From an uncultured Collinsella sp. (GTDB taxonomy: Bacteria > Actinomycetota > Coriobacteriia > Coriobacteriales > Coriobacteriaceae): DNA of 64,000 nt. Below are positions 1 to 10,662 of this stretch, in pieces. Below the pieces are notes generated by a model. That model saw nothing but the letters and a program-made list of their open reading frames with translations, was not told the DNA's origin and did not search any database. The position numbers and the translations under genes were made by a program. The DNA lies in contig CATWCP010000003.1 in the NCBI GenBank assembly GCA_958349325.1, forward strand, positions 2,899 through 66,898, written 5' to 3'. Positions within the stretch are counted from its first letter, which is position 1; each line of letters starts with the position of its first letter.

Positions 1-550
1 TGTTGCGAAAACGCATACCCTCGCCCATGTGCTTGTTGAGCGCAATCGCGCGCTGTTGGCGCCAAGTACCCTTGCCCTTTTTGAGCTCCACCTTGTAATT
101 CTTTTGCGAGTTGTTGCTCGATGTCTGACCGCGCACCTGCACGGTGGCATTGGGCGCTTCCTCGCCATAGCCAACCTCGCCGGCCACCGGGCCGTCTTCG
201 TCGCCCGCCTGCAGCAGGCCCATAACCTGATAGCGCGTCACCCCCATGTCGGCATAGTCATACACCGAGTACATGTTGATCTCGGCCCAGCTGTGGTCGG
301 TGTTCTCGGAGCTGTTGCCGCGCGAGACCGTCAGGTACATGGTCACAATGCCCGAGTCGTCGTAGACCTCGTACAGCTCATCTTTATCGCGAAGGTGCTT
401 GGTACCGTCCGAGGCCTCAGCCTTTTTAATCTTGTCCTGCTTTTTGACCTTTTTGGTCGAGGATTCGTCCTGAGACGAACAGCCCGAAAGCAACAGCGCG
501 CCGGCAGCTGCCTCGATCAGGCAGCGGCGAGACATCAACTTATCGATCAT
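1..550 (-). CDS. CotH kinase-family lipoprotein (3' end lies outside the window)
   Basis: Not in the ORF track; translated by hand from ATG 550: MIDKLMSRRCLIEAAAGALLLSGCSSQ (lipobox LSGC) ... ATVQVRGQTSSNNSQKNYKVELKKG...IALNKH, resembling the CotH N-terminal RGxxS...KxYK motif. Overlaps the pelG stop. Confidence 0.7.
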   Translation of the reverse strand, partial: MIDKLMSRRCLIEAAAGALLLSGCSSQDESSTKKVKKQDKIKKAEASDGTKHLRDKDELYEVYDDSGIVTMYLTVSRGNSSENTDHSWAEINMYSVYDYADMGVTRYQVMGLLQAGDEDGPVAGEVGYGEEAPNATVQVRGQTSSNNSQKNYKVELKKGKGTWRQQRAIALNKHMGEGMRFRN

Positions 551-2084
551 CAGAACCTCCCCAATGTTTTTGGTACAGGCGGACCACCATACGTTCAAAC
601 GCACTGCGCGGCTCACCGACCGCGCGCTTGTCCTCGTAGCATTGCTCAACACGGTCGAGCACCCGGCCAAGTTCGGTAAACCAGCCCGTCTTGTCGGTCG
701 CCACAATGGGCTGCTGGCTCAGGATACGATACGGCAAGTTGGCGGTATAGGTATCGAGCCGCAGCAGCGCCACGATAAAAAACACCGCTGCACCCAACAA
801 AAAGCCAAAGCCGTAAAACTGCTGCGGCAAAAGCAACGACACGGCAGTCGCCAGCCCGGCCACACCGGCAAACAACCCCGAGGCCAGCACGGCCCCCTTG
901 TAGTCGGTAAAGTACAGCAAGATAAGCATCACCGTATTGCCCACGGCATACAGGCCATAGCCCACGCACAGCGTGCGAAAATACCCGTGCATAAGGTTGT
1001 TAAAGCCCAACGGCAGGGCCGACAGCACCGTGGTCTCGAGCGAAATGACCGCCGCGGTCACAAACAGCTGCTTGAGCGCACAAAAGCGCAGTTCGCTGTT
1101 GAGCGTGGAGAGCATCTCCTCCTCGGCCACCACAATATCGCCTACCACGCCGCCGTCATTGAACAGGCTGTAGTAGTCACGGTAGCGCGGATAGAAGTTG
1201 ACCTCGACCGAGACCACAAAGTTGACGGTCGTGACCAGGATCGTCAAAAACGCGATGAGCGCCGGCACATCGTAGTAGGGCGCACCATAAAACAAGCCCT
1301 TGACCTGCACGCCAATGGGACCGGCCCAAATAATCACCAGGTGCGCAAAGAGTCCCAGATTGGTTAACAGGCCCGTGAGCGCCAGCGGCATAAACTGATC
1401 GAGCCACCGCAAAAAGGGCCAGGGGCTGCGGTCGCTCTGAGGAAAATACCGGTACAGCAGCACCACGTCCCAGGCGAGCATGACGCCGTAGCCCAGAGCA
1501 ATTGACGCCAACAGGCCCTCGACCGGCGGCAGTCCCAGCGCCAGCGCGGCCAGGGCGCACAGGCACGCCACGCCAATGGCAGCCGCAAAGCTGCACAGGA
1601 TGCCGCGGTAGTCCTTGATGGCCGTGAGGTAACTCATGCCGTTCCAGTTGACGATCATAATGTTGAACAGCCACAGGCACAGCAGCCCCTGCAGCAGCGT
1701 GGCACCCGAGAACAGCAAAAAGACGCCGTAGAGCACCGTGCCCGCAACGAGCATGACAGCATTGGAGCCCCAAAACGAAGGCAGGATCTCGTCCTCGCGC
1801 TCGGCAAAAAGCATGTCGGCCAAAAAGCGCGTGACCGGCATAGAGAAAAAACTCGTGAGCGTGAGCGACGCCAGCAGCGTATAGGTCACCATGCACACCA
1901 GCAGATCTTGGTTGGCACGGCCCACACCCCACAGACCGCACAGCACCAAGATACCCACCTGGAGCAGCACGCCCAGCAGCATCGGGCCCGTGCACACAAT
2001 GCCGGCGTAGCCGTAAGCGCGCATCGTGGCAAACAGGCCCTTGCGCCTAAACAGGCGCTTGAGCTCAAAACCAATTCCGGCCAC
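540..2084 (-). CDS. pelG: Pel exopolysaccharide transporter PelG
   Basis: Typical PelG N-terminus MAGIGFELKRLF; many transmembrane segments; directly after pelF. Confidence 0.93.
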   Translation of the reverse strand: MAGIGFELKRLFRRKGLFATMRAYGYAGIVCTGPMLLGVLLQVGILVLCGLWGVGRANQDLLVCMVTYTLLASLTLTSFFSMPVTRFLADMLFAEREDEILPSFWGSNAVMLVAGTVLYGVFLLFSGATLLQGLLCLWLFNIMIVNWNGMSYLTAIKDYRGILCSFAAAIGVACLCALAALALGLPPVEGLLASIALGYGVMLAWDVVLLYRYFPQSDRSPWPFLRWLDQFMPLALTGLLTNLGLFAHLVIIWAGPIGVQVKGLFYGAPYYDVPALIAFLTILVTTVNFVVSVEVNFYPRYRDYYSLFNDGGVVGDIVVAEEEMLSTLNSELRFCALKQLFVTAAVISLETTVLSALPLGFNNLMHGYFRTLCVGYGLYAVGNTVMLILLYFTDYKGAVLASGLFAGVAGLATAVSLLLPQQFYGFGFLLGAAVFFIVALLRLDTYTANLPYRILSQQPIVATDKTGWFTELGRVLDRVEQCYEDKRAVGEPRSAFERMVVRLYQKHWGGSDDR

Positions 2085-2087
2085 CGG

Positions 2088-3515
2088 CTACTCCCCCTCT
2101 CTGGGCAGGTTAAACGCACACGCCGTCTCGTCGTACAGTGCGCGATAGTTGGTGAGCATCTGCTCGTGCAAAAAGTACGTGGCAACGCGACGCTGCCCGC
2201 GCTCCCCCATCTCAATGCGACGGGCGCGGCTCACGCACATGCGCTCCATGGCATCGGCCAAGCCCTTGCGATACATGGGCGGCGTCACAAATCCCGCCAC
2301 GCCAAAGTCATCGCCTGGAGCGCCTTCGAGCAGCTCACGGCAGCAGCCCACCTCGGTCGTCACGCAAGGACGGCGCGCTGCAAGCGACTCCAGCACGCTG
2401 AGCGGCTGGCCCTCGGAGATACTCGTCAAAATGGTAAAGTCGAGCTTTTCCATGTACTCGACCACGTTCACGCGACCGGTAAAGATCAGGTCGCGCACGC
2501 CCAGGGTATCGACCAGCGCGTGGCACTCGGCGCCGTACTCCTCGTCGTCCACGCCGCCCATGATGTGCAGGCGCACCTTGGGCAGGCGATCGTGCAGCTC
2601 AAAAAAGGCGTAGATCAAAGTCTTGACGTCCTTGATGGGCGCCAGGCGCACCACCGCGCCAATGTCCACCCAGCCGTCATCGGGCTTTAAGGGAATGTCC
2701 TTAAAGCGGTCGAACTGGATACCGTTGGGGATGACCAGACATTTGTCTGCATCGCAACCCATATCGATCTGCGTCTTGCGGGCGTTATGGAACAAACTCG
2801 TCACGCGGAAGGCGCGGCGGTAGATCTCCTCCGAAAGCAGGTAGAAAAAGCGAATCCAGCGGTCCTTAAACGAAGGCACCACCCAATCGGCGCGAATGAT
2901 CTCTTCCTCGCGCTCGCGGGTATAGATGCCATGCTCGGTCAGCAGCACCGGCGCATGGTGAACGCTTGAGCCCAGGCAGGCGAGCAGGCCGCCGTAGCCG
3001 GTCGAGATAGCGTGGTACACATCGGCAACCGGCACCTCGCTGCCCAGCAGGTAGAGCACCGGCAACAGCATAGAGCGCATGGTGTGGAATGCGTCGGCAA
3101 AGGGCGTGTAGGGGTACTCGGCAAGGCACACGTCGCGGAAGATATCCATAAACGTGCGGCTCTGCAAAAACGAGAGCGGATGTACGCGACGGCGCTGGAA
3201 GATATCGAACAGCACGTCCCAGTCCGGATTGGAGAGCGACACCAGGCGGCGTAGCGCCTCGCGCTCGCGGTCGTTAAAACTGGCTTCGTGTTGCTCGCCC
3301 GAAAGCCGCAGGGCATCGTCCAGGAACACCTCGTGCACCTCGACCACGTTGCTGGGCAGCTCGTAGACAAATTTGCCGCGGTCGGCAGCATGCGCGCCAA
3401 TCACCCACAGCACGAACTCGTGCTCGGGCATGGCCTGGATATAGCCATGCATCCAGGTAGATACGCCGCCGTGCACATAGGGGTAGCAACCCTCGAGTAC
3501 CAAGCAGATTCTCAT
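2088..3515 (-). CDS. pelF: GT4 glycosyltransferase PelF
   Basis: EGCYPYVHGGVSTW, LLTEHGIYTRER and SISEGQPLSVLE motifs. Confidence 0.95.
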   Translation of the reverse strand: MRICLVLEGCYPYVHGGVSTWMHGYIQAMPEHEFVLWVIGAHAADRGKFVYELPSNVVEVHEVFLDDALRLSGEQHEASFNDREREALRRLVSLSNPDWDVLFDIFQRRRVHPLSFLQSRTFMDIFRDVCLAEYPYTPFADAFHTMRSMLLPVLYLLGSEVPVADVYHAISTGYGGLLACLGSSVHHAPVLLTEHGIYTREREEEIIRADWVVPSFKDRWIRFFYLLSEEIYRRAFRVTSLFHNARKTQIDMGCDADKCLVIPNGIQFDRFKDIPLKPDDGWVDIGAVVRLAPIKDVKTLIYAFFELHDRLPKVRLHIMGGVDDEEYGAECHALVDTLGVRDLIFTGRVNVVEYMEKLDFTILTSISEGQPLSVLESLAARRPCVTTEVGCCRELLEGAPGDDFGVAGFVTPPMYRKGLADAMERMCVSRARRIEMGERGQRRVATYFLHEQMLTNYRALYDETACAFNLPREGE

Positions 3516-5392
3516 CTGTCGCCACCCTCCTTGCGCTCGATCGTCAGGGTCTTATCATTTGCCTTGAGCAGATACAGATTGCCCGTAAGGTGCGTTAGTT
3601 CGCCACCCGTCACCGCACCCGGCTCGCCATTATTGGCGCGGAACATGAGCCACGCCTCGTCGTGGAAATTGCCCAGGCTGAGCGTCCAGGCATCCGCGCT
3701 GGTATCCACGCTCACCGTCACCGAAGAAAAGCGCTGGATGGCGCCCGAGCATTCCGAGCCGGTCTGGCGACGCAGGTCGGGCGCGGATTTGGTAAGCCAC
3801 TCCAGGTAGTCGACCAGGCCGCCCTTGTAGATCTCCCAGCCCTCCTTGGCTCCGCGATCGGGGTCCAAAAGGTCGTCCGGGTGCATAAAGTGCGTGCTCA
3901 CGTAGTGCATGTTGAGCTCGGACACGGCTGCCAGGCGCATATAGGAATCGTCGACCATGCCGCCCGAGACAATGCGCGGCTGCTCCACAATGCCATCGCT
4001 CGCCACGCCAAACTCCTGCACGTACGGCAGGTCGGTGCCATCCTCAAAATACGTACTGGCGATGGTCTTAATGCGCGGAACATAGGTACCGATAAGCTTG
4101 CGCGCACGGACCGAAAGGATATTTGACGGCGGCACGTAGACCGAGCCGTGCGCGTTGGGCAGCACCTCGTCCTGAAAGGCAATAAGCCCGTTAAGCAATG
4201 CGACGAGCGTCTCCTTGTTCTTCCACGTCTTGTAGTCGTACAGCGTGCCATAGTCGGTATCCCAGAGCGCCAGCGGCTGATGGTTGTAGCCATGAAAACC
4301 CAACTCACCGCCCATCTGCAACAGCATGCCGCCAAAATAGCGGAACTGCGTGGTATCGGGTTGGCGCGCGGGCTCGGTCTGGTTGACCACGTCCTCGTAG
4401 TTTTCGATCATCACGCCGGTATAGCGAATGTCGTATTGCTGCGCGAGCTTTTGCAGATCGGGCCACCAGCCCTTGACATAAAAATCGGCGACGGAAAGGC
4501 CGTAGTCACGCTTGATATAAGTACCATCGCCCGAGGGCACGGGGCTAGGAAAGTCGTCCAAATAGAACACGGCGCTGTTGATGACCGGATAGGCCGTGGC
4601 ATCGCCCAGCAAGCTTACGGCCGAAGCATAGAACCCACGCATGACCTTGTCGTAGATGCCAATGTTGCACACCACGGTGTGACCACTGCCGCAATCGTTA
4701 GACCAAATGAGCGGCGTGCCCGCGTCACCGGTCTTTGCCCATACGTGCGCCGTATCGCGCAATGAAACCGAGAGCGAAGAATCGAAGGGATCCGAGAACT
4801 CGTAGCGCTCTCCTCCGCCCAGCATAAAGTCCTCGCTCGGAACGATACTTTCGGCTTTCGCATAGTCATATCCGGCCGATTCGATCCCAAGCTTGGAAGC
4901 AATAGCCTGCAGGTAGTTCGAGTTATCTGGCGTCATGCCCAACATGAGTGAGCCGCCCGCACTCACCCAACTCATCAGATCGGTCAGATGCGTACCCAGT
5001 CCGTCAAGCGAGGGCATAAGCACAATCACGCGATCAAACGATGTGAGCGATGGGATCGCGTCCGCACCGTCGGTGGCAATATCAACATCGCGATGGGCGA
5101 TCTTCATGTCCAACAAAATCTGGTCGAACTGGTCTTTAACGTCGTCGACGCCAGCTTGATCGGAATCGGAAATAACCAGGCACGTGGGCTTTTGGCCAAA
5201 GATTGCCGAGGAGGCCGGCACTGCATCGTTGGCGGCAAGCATCTCCAGCTTATGCTGGCCCGCGCTGTACTGCACGCCGGCACGCTCCACCAGCAACACG
5301 GCGGCCATGGCAATAAAGACCGCCCACACCACGAGGAGTCCCATCCAACGAAAGCGGCCTGCACGGTCGCGGATATGTTGCGCCACGCTCAT
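3512..5392 (-). CDS. DUF2194 / PelA deacetylase-like protein
   Basis: N-terminal TM; YLDDFPSP, GFHGYNHQPL, YVPPSN and HFMHPDD carbohydrate esterase-like motifs. Start chosen at the ATGA overlap with the upstream stop. Confidence 0.82.
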   Translation of the reverse strand: MSVAQHIRDRAGRFRWMGLLVVWAVFIAMAAVLLVERAGVQYSAGQHKLEMLAANDAVPASSAIFGQKPTCLVISDSDQAGVDDVKDQFDQILLDMKIAHRDVDIATDGADAIPSLTSFDRVIVLMPSLDGLGTHLTDLMSWVSAGGSLMLGMTPDNSNYLQAIASKLGIESAGYDYAKAESIVPSEDFMLGGGERYEFSDPFDSSLSVSLRDTAHVWAKTGDAGTPLIWSNDCGSGHTVVCNIGIYDKVMRGFYASAVSLLGDATAYPVINSAVFYLDDFPSPVPSGDGTYIKRDYGLSVADFYVKGWWPDLQKLAQQYDIRYTGVMIENYEDVVNQTEPARQPDTTQFRYFGGMLLQMGGELGFHGYNHQPLALWDTDYGTLYDYKTWKNKETLVALLNGLIAFQDEVLPNAHGSVYVPPSNILSVRARKLIGTYVPRIKTIASTYFEDGTDLPYVQEFGVASDGIVEQPRIVSGGMVDDSYMRLAAVSELNMHYVSTHFMHPDDLLDPDRGAKEGWEIYKGGLVDYLEWLTKSAPDLRRQTGSECSGAIQRFSSVTVSVDTSADAWTLSLGNFHDEAWLMFRANNGEPGAVTGGELTHLTGNLYLLKANDKTLTIERKEGGDR

Positions 5393-6294
5393 CGGACCTC
5401 CTCCCCGTCGCGCCAAAACGCCAACTTTTCGCGGTTGTCGGCGCTCAAATACACATGTTGCTTGTCAATCGCATCAATCACACGGTGGACCTCGTCACCG
5501 TCGCGGCGCATCACGGCCAGGCGCAGGCAAAGCATCCAAACCTCCTGCTCCTCGGGCACGTCGAGTACCAGCTGGTTGGTCACGGCCTGCGCCTCGTCGA
5601 TCTGTCCGACATCGGCCAGCGCCGTCGCATATCGAATGCGCAGCTCAAGGGTATCCTCGCGCTCGCAGCGACGCGCAAGCAGGCGCGCGTACTGTTGGCG
5701 CTGAATCTGAGCCACGCGCCCCTCAGCCAAACCCGAGCCCAAGTATTCACCAAGAAAATCGCAGTATTCGTTGAGGTTTTGCGCACTCGGGTCCGTCTTA
5801 AAGGCACGCTCCAGCTGCTGCAGTTTAAGGTCGGACTCCTTGGAGATCTGCGCCACCGCCGTCGCGGCATAGTGCGCCACCTCAACGTCGTCGTTAAGCT
5901 TAGCCGCCTGTAGCTGCGCCAGGTACGCGTCGGGCTCCTCGGTGAGCATGGAAAGCATTAGACGGCGCCGGTATGCCGGGTCGTTGACGATGAGCGCCTC
6001 CTCGAGCGGCACTACGCCTGCATCGTCCTCACCACTCGGTACCGACATACTGCGATGGAGCTCGTCGTTGAAGCGCAGCGACTCCAGCGCAGACTCTTTC
6101 AGTCCCTCGCCAAACATCGCGCTGCGGATCGATAACAGAACCACCAGCAACGGGCCCCACAGCGGCACCAGCACTATCACAGCCAGCATGTGCCCGCGCA
6201 CCGGCAGCAGGCCCAGCTTCATGAGCGTCCACAGCATCAGGCAAACCAGCGCATGAATCAGCAGCAAGACAGCAGCAACGACAAGCGAGATCAA
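5389..6294 (-). CDS. PelE-like membrane protein with helical/TPR-like C-terminus
   Basis: Two N-terminal TMs; PLEEAL...DVEVAHYAA motif; position between pelD and the deacetylase gene. Confidence 0.7.
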   Translation of the reverse strand: MISLVVAAVLLLIHALVCLMLWTLMKLGLLPVRGHMLAVIVLVPLWGPLLVVLLSIRSAMFGEGLKESALESLRFNDELHRSMSVPSGEDDAGVVPLEEALIVNDPAYRRRLMLSMLTEEPDAYLAQLQAAKLNDDVEVAHYAATAVAQISKESDLKLQQLERAFKTDPSAQNLNEYCDFLGEYLGSGLAEGRVAQIQRQQYARLLARRCEREDTLELRIRYATALADVGQIDEAQAVTNQLVLDVPEEQEVWMLCLRLAVMRRDGDEVHRVIDAIDKQHVYLSADNREKLAFWRDGEEVR

Positions 6295-8429
6295 GCGGCA
6301 CCCCCCTCACCGTCACCGGTGTAAGAAATGTGCTGCAGCAGCTCCACGATGTCCTCGCCGTCGACGGGCTCCACCGCAATCTGCTTTGCGCTCAGGCGCT
6401 CGCGGATAATGGGAAGATCGCACGCCTTTGCCTGACGCATAAGCAGGTAGAGCACGTTGTCGTCGACCAAGCCCGCCGCGTCGCTCTCCCGGATTGCTGA
6501 CCCAATTGCGCCCACCAGCTCGCCGACAGGCTCCATGCCCGGTACCACGCGAAGGAGCAAAAAACTCCCCATCTTGCTATCTGCCAGAGCCTGCTCCGCC
6601 GCGAGCTCTTGGCCAAAGGCAGCCTGCTTGAGCACGCAAGTTCCGTCAACGCAGCGTTTATCCTGCGCCACCGCCTCATAGTCAAAGGCACGGCCCAGCG
6701 CGCTTTCGACCAGCCCGCACAAGATGCAGAACAGGTTTTGATAATAGAGGGTCATTTGGTTTTCGGCCGCATTACGCACAAAGATCAACACGGCGGGTGC
6801 CCCGTCGCGCTCGATCGTGTATCCAAACATGGGAAGCCCCGGCGTCAGCTCGCGGTTCACCCACAGGTTCGAACGACCCCCGTCGCCCAAAAGAGGTGCA
6901 AGCTGCTCAAGCGTGAGCGAGCGTGCGGCATCTTCGGCAATCGCGGGACTTGCTGCCACCAGGCGTGCAAATGCCCCGCCCGAAACATGGTAGATCGCCA
7001 CCGAATCGTTCTCGAGGATCTCGCCCAGAAGCTCACAGCACTTGCGATAGATGTCGCGTGGGTTGAGCACGTCGAGCTCCTGCGTCACGGCAAAGATCTT
7101 GCCAAAGCTGTCGTGGCGACCCACGATCTGGCGTCTGTACGCGCGTTTGTCCTCGATCGCGTCGTGGTAGAGCTGCGTAAGGAACGTATTGCGGTTGCGC
7201 ACGAGCTCGTTTTGATCGCGCTCCGCCCTAATGGCTTCGCTGTTGCGCAGCTGCACATAGCCGCACACGGCACCCACCACAAAGTACGCAATAAACGGCA
7301 GCCAGTTGGACGGCTCGTAAAAGAGACCCTGGAAGGTATAGCCATACTGGGTAAAGTAGCTCGCCGCCAGGCCAATCGAAGCCAGCAGTGCCGCGACCAA
7401 GCCAAAGTCCAAGCCATACAGCGTGCCGATCAGCACCACGTAGAGCAGGCGATAATCGAGCACGTTGAGCTGGGCCGATTGGGAGAACAGGTGCTCCAGC
7501 ACCTCGAAAAGGACCCAGGCGGCTGCCGTCTCCAGACATTTAATAGGCAGCGTGCGCATTTGGATGCGGTCGATGGCGGCACGCAAGGGGTTGACCTTCT
7601 TCGCGCGACCGGCATCCCAACGAGCCTGAATGGTCGAAAGATCGCGCATCAGGTCGTAGCGCTGAAACCAACCATAACGAACGCGAACGATGTCGCTGAC
7701 GGGCATGGCGTAGCCGGCAGAATCGCCATAGGCAACGGCAAGGCCGGGGAACAGTGCCTTGAGGGCGTCGCCAACCTCACCTGACGTGTGATGGAAGGTA
7801 TCGGCAACGTCGAGCGTCTCAAAGGAGGCATCCCAGCTGTCGAAGATACGGCGTACCAGCACCGCGAGCTCCTCGGCACACAGCAGGGGAAACGCTGCAT
7901 CCTGCGCACCCTGCAGAGCAACCGATCCGGTTGAGCACGCGTCGAACAGCGGCACCAAAAACGGGTCCTCCAGCGCGGCAGACGCGGTATACAGGAACGG
8001 CACGCGCAGGATCTTGGTCTGAACGCCCTCGCGAGCAGCGTAGTAGCGGCACAGGTCGTTGGCTGCGCGGGCGATAATGCCCTTGCCCGTTCGCCCCGCG
8101 GCGTCGGTGGCACCCTCGGCACCCGCGGGCCCCGCTACATACAGCAGTTGGACCCGGCGACCCGCGCACGCACGAAAGACCGAGCGCAACAGCTCGATAT
8201 CGCCCACGGTATCGGTATGCGGGGTAAGGTAATTGGAAAGGTAGACCATGCGGTCGAACTCGTAGGCCTGATCCAGGTGTTGCAGAAGCTCTTTCCACGA
8301 GGAATGGGGCGACGACTCGTCGCGGTACGCGTCCTGCGCGGCTACGACCTGCACATGGTCCCCGGGGAACGCCTTGGCACAAAAGTCATCGTCAACATAT
8401 GCGGTGTTGCCAACAACCAGCACCTCCAT
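6291..8429 (-). CDS. PelD-like protein: degenerate epimerase/Rossmann domain + TM bundle + GAF + degenerate GGDEF
   Basis: Degenerate VLVVGNTAYV N-terminus, central TM cluster, coiled coil, GAF-like region, C-terminal IRESD (RxxD I-site). First gene of the operon. Confidence 0.75.
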   Translation of the reverse strand: MEVLVVGNTAYVDDDFCAKAFPGDHVQVVAAQDAYRDESSPHSSWKELLQHLDQAYEFDRMVYLSNYLTPHTDTVGDIELLRSVFRACAGRRVQLLYVAGPAGAEGATDAAGRTGKGIIARAANDLCRYYAAREGVQTKILRVPFLYTASAALEDPFLVPLFDACSTGSVALQGAQDAAFPLLCAEELAVLVRRIFDSWDASFETLDVADTFHHTSGEVGDALKALFPGLAVAYGDSAGYAMPVSDIVRVRYGWFQRYDLMRDLSTIQARWDAGRAKKVNPLRAAIDRIQMRTLPIKCLETAAAWVLFEVLEHLFSQSAQLNVLDYRLLYVVLIGTLYGLDFGLVAALLASIGLAASYFTQYGYTFQGLFYEPSNWLPFIAYFVVGAVCGYVQLRNSEAIRAERDQNELVRNRNTFLTQLYHDAIEDKRAYRRQIVGRHDSFGKIFAVTQELDVLNPRDIYRKCCELLGEILENDSVAIYHVSGGAFARLVAASPAIAEDAARSLTLEQLAPLLGDGGRSNLWVNRELTPGLPMFGYTIERDGAPAVLIFVRNAAENQMTLYYQNLFCILCGLVESALGRAFDYEAVAQDKRCVDGTCVLKQAAFGQELAAEQALADSKMGSFLLLRVVPGMEPVGELVGAIGSAIRESDAAGLVDDNVLYLLMRQAKACDLPIIRERLSAKQIAVEPVDGEDIVELLQHISYTGDGEGGAA

Positions 8430-8774
8430 GGCGCACCCCTCCCCTTAATTCCACATTTGTCATAGTCAAACATGCGTATTATACGCTGTCAACGCGAGCC
8501 AAGGCGCCTTTAAGGCTGTTTTAAGAACTTTTTTAGGGGATGTGGGGACATCGAGAGTGCTAAATGAGCACCCAATCCAGAAGTGCGGTGAAAAACCGAG
8601 ATCTGTCAAACAGGCCCCTGTTTTGAGCATCCGCGACCTGCAGTTTTGCTGGCAAAAATCGGTGTGCGCTCGGCGAGTTTCGATTTTCCCCGCACTTCTC
8701 CTACGCACCGGACTCGCAATAGCGCAGTACAATCCGCCAATCGCACTAACCGGAAAGCCAATCCAGCGACTCGC

Positions 8775-9443
8775 CTATCCAACCAGATACGGCCCGATTA
8801 CATCGAAAATTTCGCCCACCTTGGTTGCAGGGTTTTGCGCAGATGGTTTAACGTTACCCAGCCCCCTATGGTATGTGACGAGGCGCCCAGTACGCTGCAA
8901 TGCTTCGCCACGCCTATCATCCACTGCCCCAAACATCCCGTCCAGGTTCTTGCGGTACTCGATACCCAAGTTCTTCAACATCTCCTGCGCGAGGGCATGC
9001 TGGCAGTCGGACGCGGACATATGCGCGGTCGTGTAGCGAAAGTGCAGAAGAGGCCACAGCTCGAAGCAGGGGTTGGACCACAACGCGTGGAAAGTCCACG
9101 AACCATCAGAGAGCTCGTTGCACTTGCGCTCCATCGCATCAAAGTCGGACGCAGGGAAGTCATCCTTGTCATACACGAGCCACACGTGATCGAACGTCTC
9201 GGGCGCATAGCGACAGTGTTCGACGGCGAAGTCAAGCAGGTCAAGCGTGTGTCTGCCGGTCCCCTTAACGACAATGGCAACCTTGCGCTCGTTCGCCGCG
9301 CCCAACGCCGCACGCACGCCCTCAAAGTAGCGAGGCTCGGTCTCCTTGCCCTCGCTCACTACAAGATGACGCGTCATCTGAACCATGCGCGAGCGGCCCT
9401 CTCGCTTGCCGCTACGCCAGCCCTTCGACTTCTTCGCCACCAT
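8775..9443 (-). CDS. RloB-family protein (TOPRIM-like)
   Basis: LVVSEGKETEPRYF, VWLVYDKD and SNPCFELW motifs; coupled to the upstream ATPase. Confidence 0.85.
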   Translation of the reverse strand: MVAKKSKGWRSGKREGRSRMVQMTRHLVVSEGKETEPRYFEGVRAALGAANERKVAIVVKGTGRHTLDLLDFAVEHCRYAPETFDHVWLVYDKDDFPASDFDAMERKCNELSDGSWTFHALWSNPCFELWPLLHFRYTTAHMSASDCQHALAQEMLKNLGIEYRKNLDGMFGAVDDRRGEALQRTGRLVTYHRGLGNVKPSAQNPATKVGEIFDVIGPYLVG

Positions 9444-9444
9444 G

Positions 9445-10662
9445 CTAATCCCACTCCTCGATGCGGGTGAGGTACGGATCGGCACCGTAGCGACCGGACA
9501 GGTATTGCTTGTCGAAAGCCGCGTTCTTGCTTACCAGATTACCGTTTGCCTCGTGGATATCGGCGAGAGACCACAGTTGGCTCGCCTCCCCCTCGCCGCG
9601 TGCAGCGAACCATATCTCGTCACGGCGGAAGACATCGTTTCGCATGGTTGACACATCCTGGGACGAGAAGATGAGCTGCGCGCCACTCTTGTTGACCTCA
9701 GGATCCTTAAACAGCAGAATCACATAGCGAAGAAGCTTCGGGTGCAGTTTGGCGTCGAGCTCGTCTACCACAACGGTGCCACCACGCTCAAGCGCTGTCA
9801 TCAGATACGCAGCCAACCCCATGAGCTTCTGGGTACCGGCAGATTCCTCGGATAAACGCAGCTCGTACGCCTTGCCGCTCACCTTGTGCCTCACGAAGAC
9901 GCGCTGGCCGCGCCACTCCGGCGCCCTCTCCACTCTGAAGCCATCAATACGCACATCAACGGCGCGCAAAAAACGCGTGACCTCGCGCGAGTCGCCCTCG
10001 TCGAGCATTTGCTCGAGCATCCGCTCCAGGTAGGAACTGTTGTAGTTGAGAAACACGGCGTCGAGAAACCAGCTGGCCGCCTCCTGGACCACCGGCGCAT
10101 CGAAGTTGATGCAAAGGAACGATAGGTACGGCAGGCTCGGGTTGAACCTCGCAGCCGTCACAAGCTTACGCAGTGTGGGGCCGAGTTCAACCTTTGTATC
10201 CTCGCGCTCGAACAGCATCGCCGTACGCGACGCTCCCAATTTACGCCGCCACAGCCCTTCGGACACGATCTCATCGGCGTGTACAGACAGAACATAGCGG
10301 TACTCATGCTCACCCGCGCGGTAATAGAGCTCGAACTCGGTGGGCTCGGCAGCAGACACGTCATCGAACTCAAACGCCGAACAACGGGCTATCAAGGGGA
10401 GATCACTCTCTGGTGCATCAGCGCTAGCAGACAGCAGTCTAATTGGTCTGGCCACCGCCGAACGAACGTAGTCAAGAGCCTCGAGCAGATTAGACTTGCC
10501 GCCAGCGTTGGGCCCGTACACCGCAGCCACCGGAAGGAAACTCTGCCCGTCGGAGCACTCGATGAGGGAACGCTCAAACTCCTTCATCGGCATCGCCTGC
10601 ATGGAAAGCTCAGCCTCGTCGCGATAGGACCGATAGTTCTTAAAGGTGAACTGACAAAGCAT
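9445..10662 (-). CDS. RloA-like AAA_21/ABC-type ATPase
   Basis: Walker A YGPNAGGKSN, ESAGT signature, Walker B VVVDELDAKLHP, FRRDEIWF and YLSGRYGADP C-terminus. Alternative starts at 10674 and 10683. Confidence 0.88.
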   Translation of the reverse strand: MLCQFTFKNYRSYRDEAELSMQAMPMKEFERSLIECSDGQSFLPVAAVYGPNAGGKSNLLEALDYVRSAVARPIRLLSASADAPESDLPLIARCSAFEFDDVSAAEPTEFELYYRAGEHEYRYVLSVHADEIVSEGLWRRKLGASRTAMLFEREDTKVELGPTLRKLVTAARFNPSLPYLSFLCINFDAPVVQEAASWFLDAVFLNYNSSYLERMLEQMLDEGDSREVTRFLRAVDVRIDGFRVERAPEWRGQRVFVRHKVSGKAYELRLSEESAGTQKLMGLAAYLMTALERGGTVVVDELDAKLHPKLLRYVILLFKDPEVNKSGAQLIFSSQDVSTMRNDVFRRDEIWFAARGEGEASQLWSLADIHEANGNLVSKNAAFDKQYLSGRYGADPYLTRIEEWD

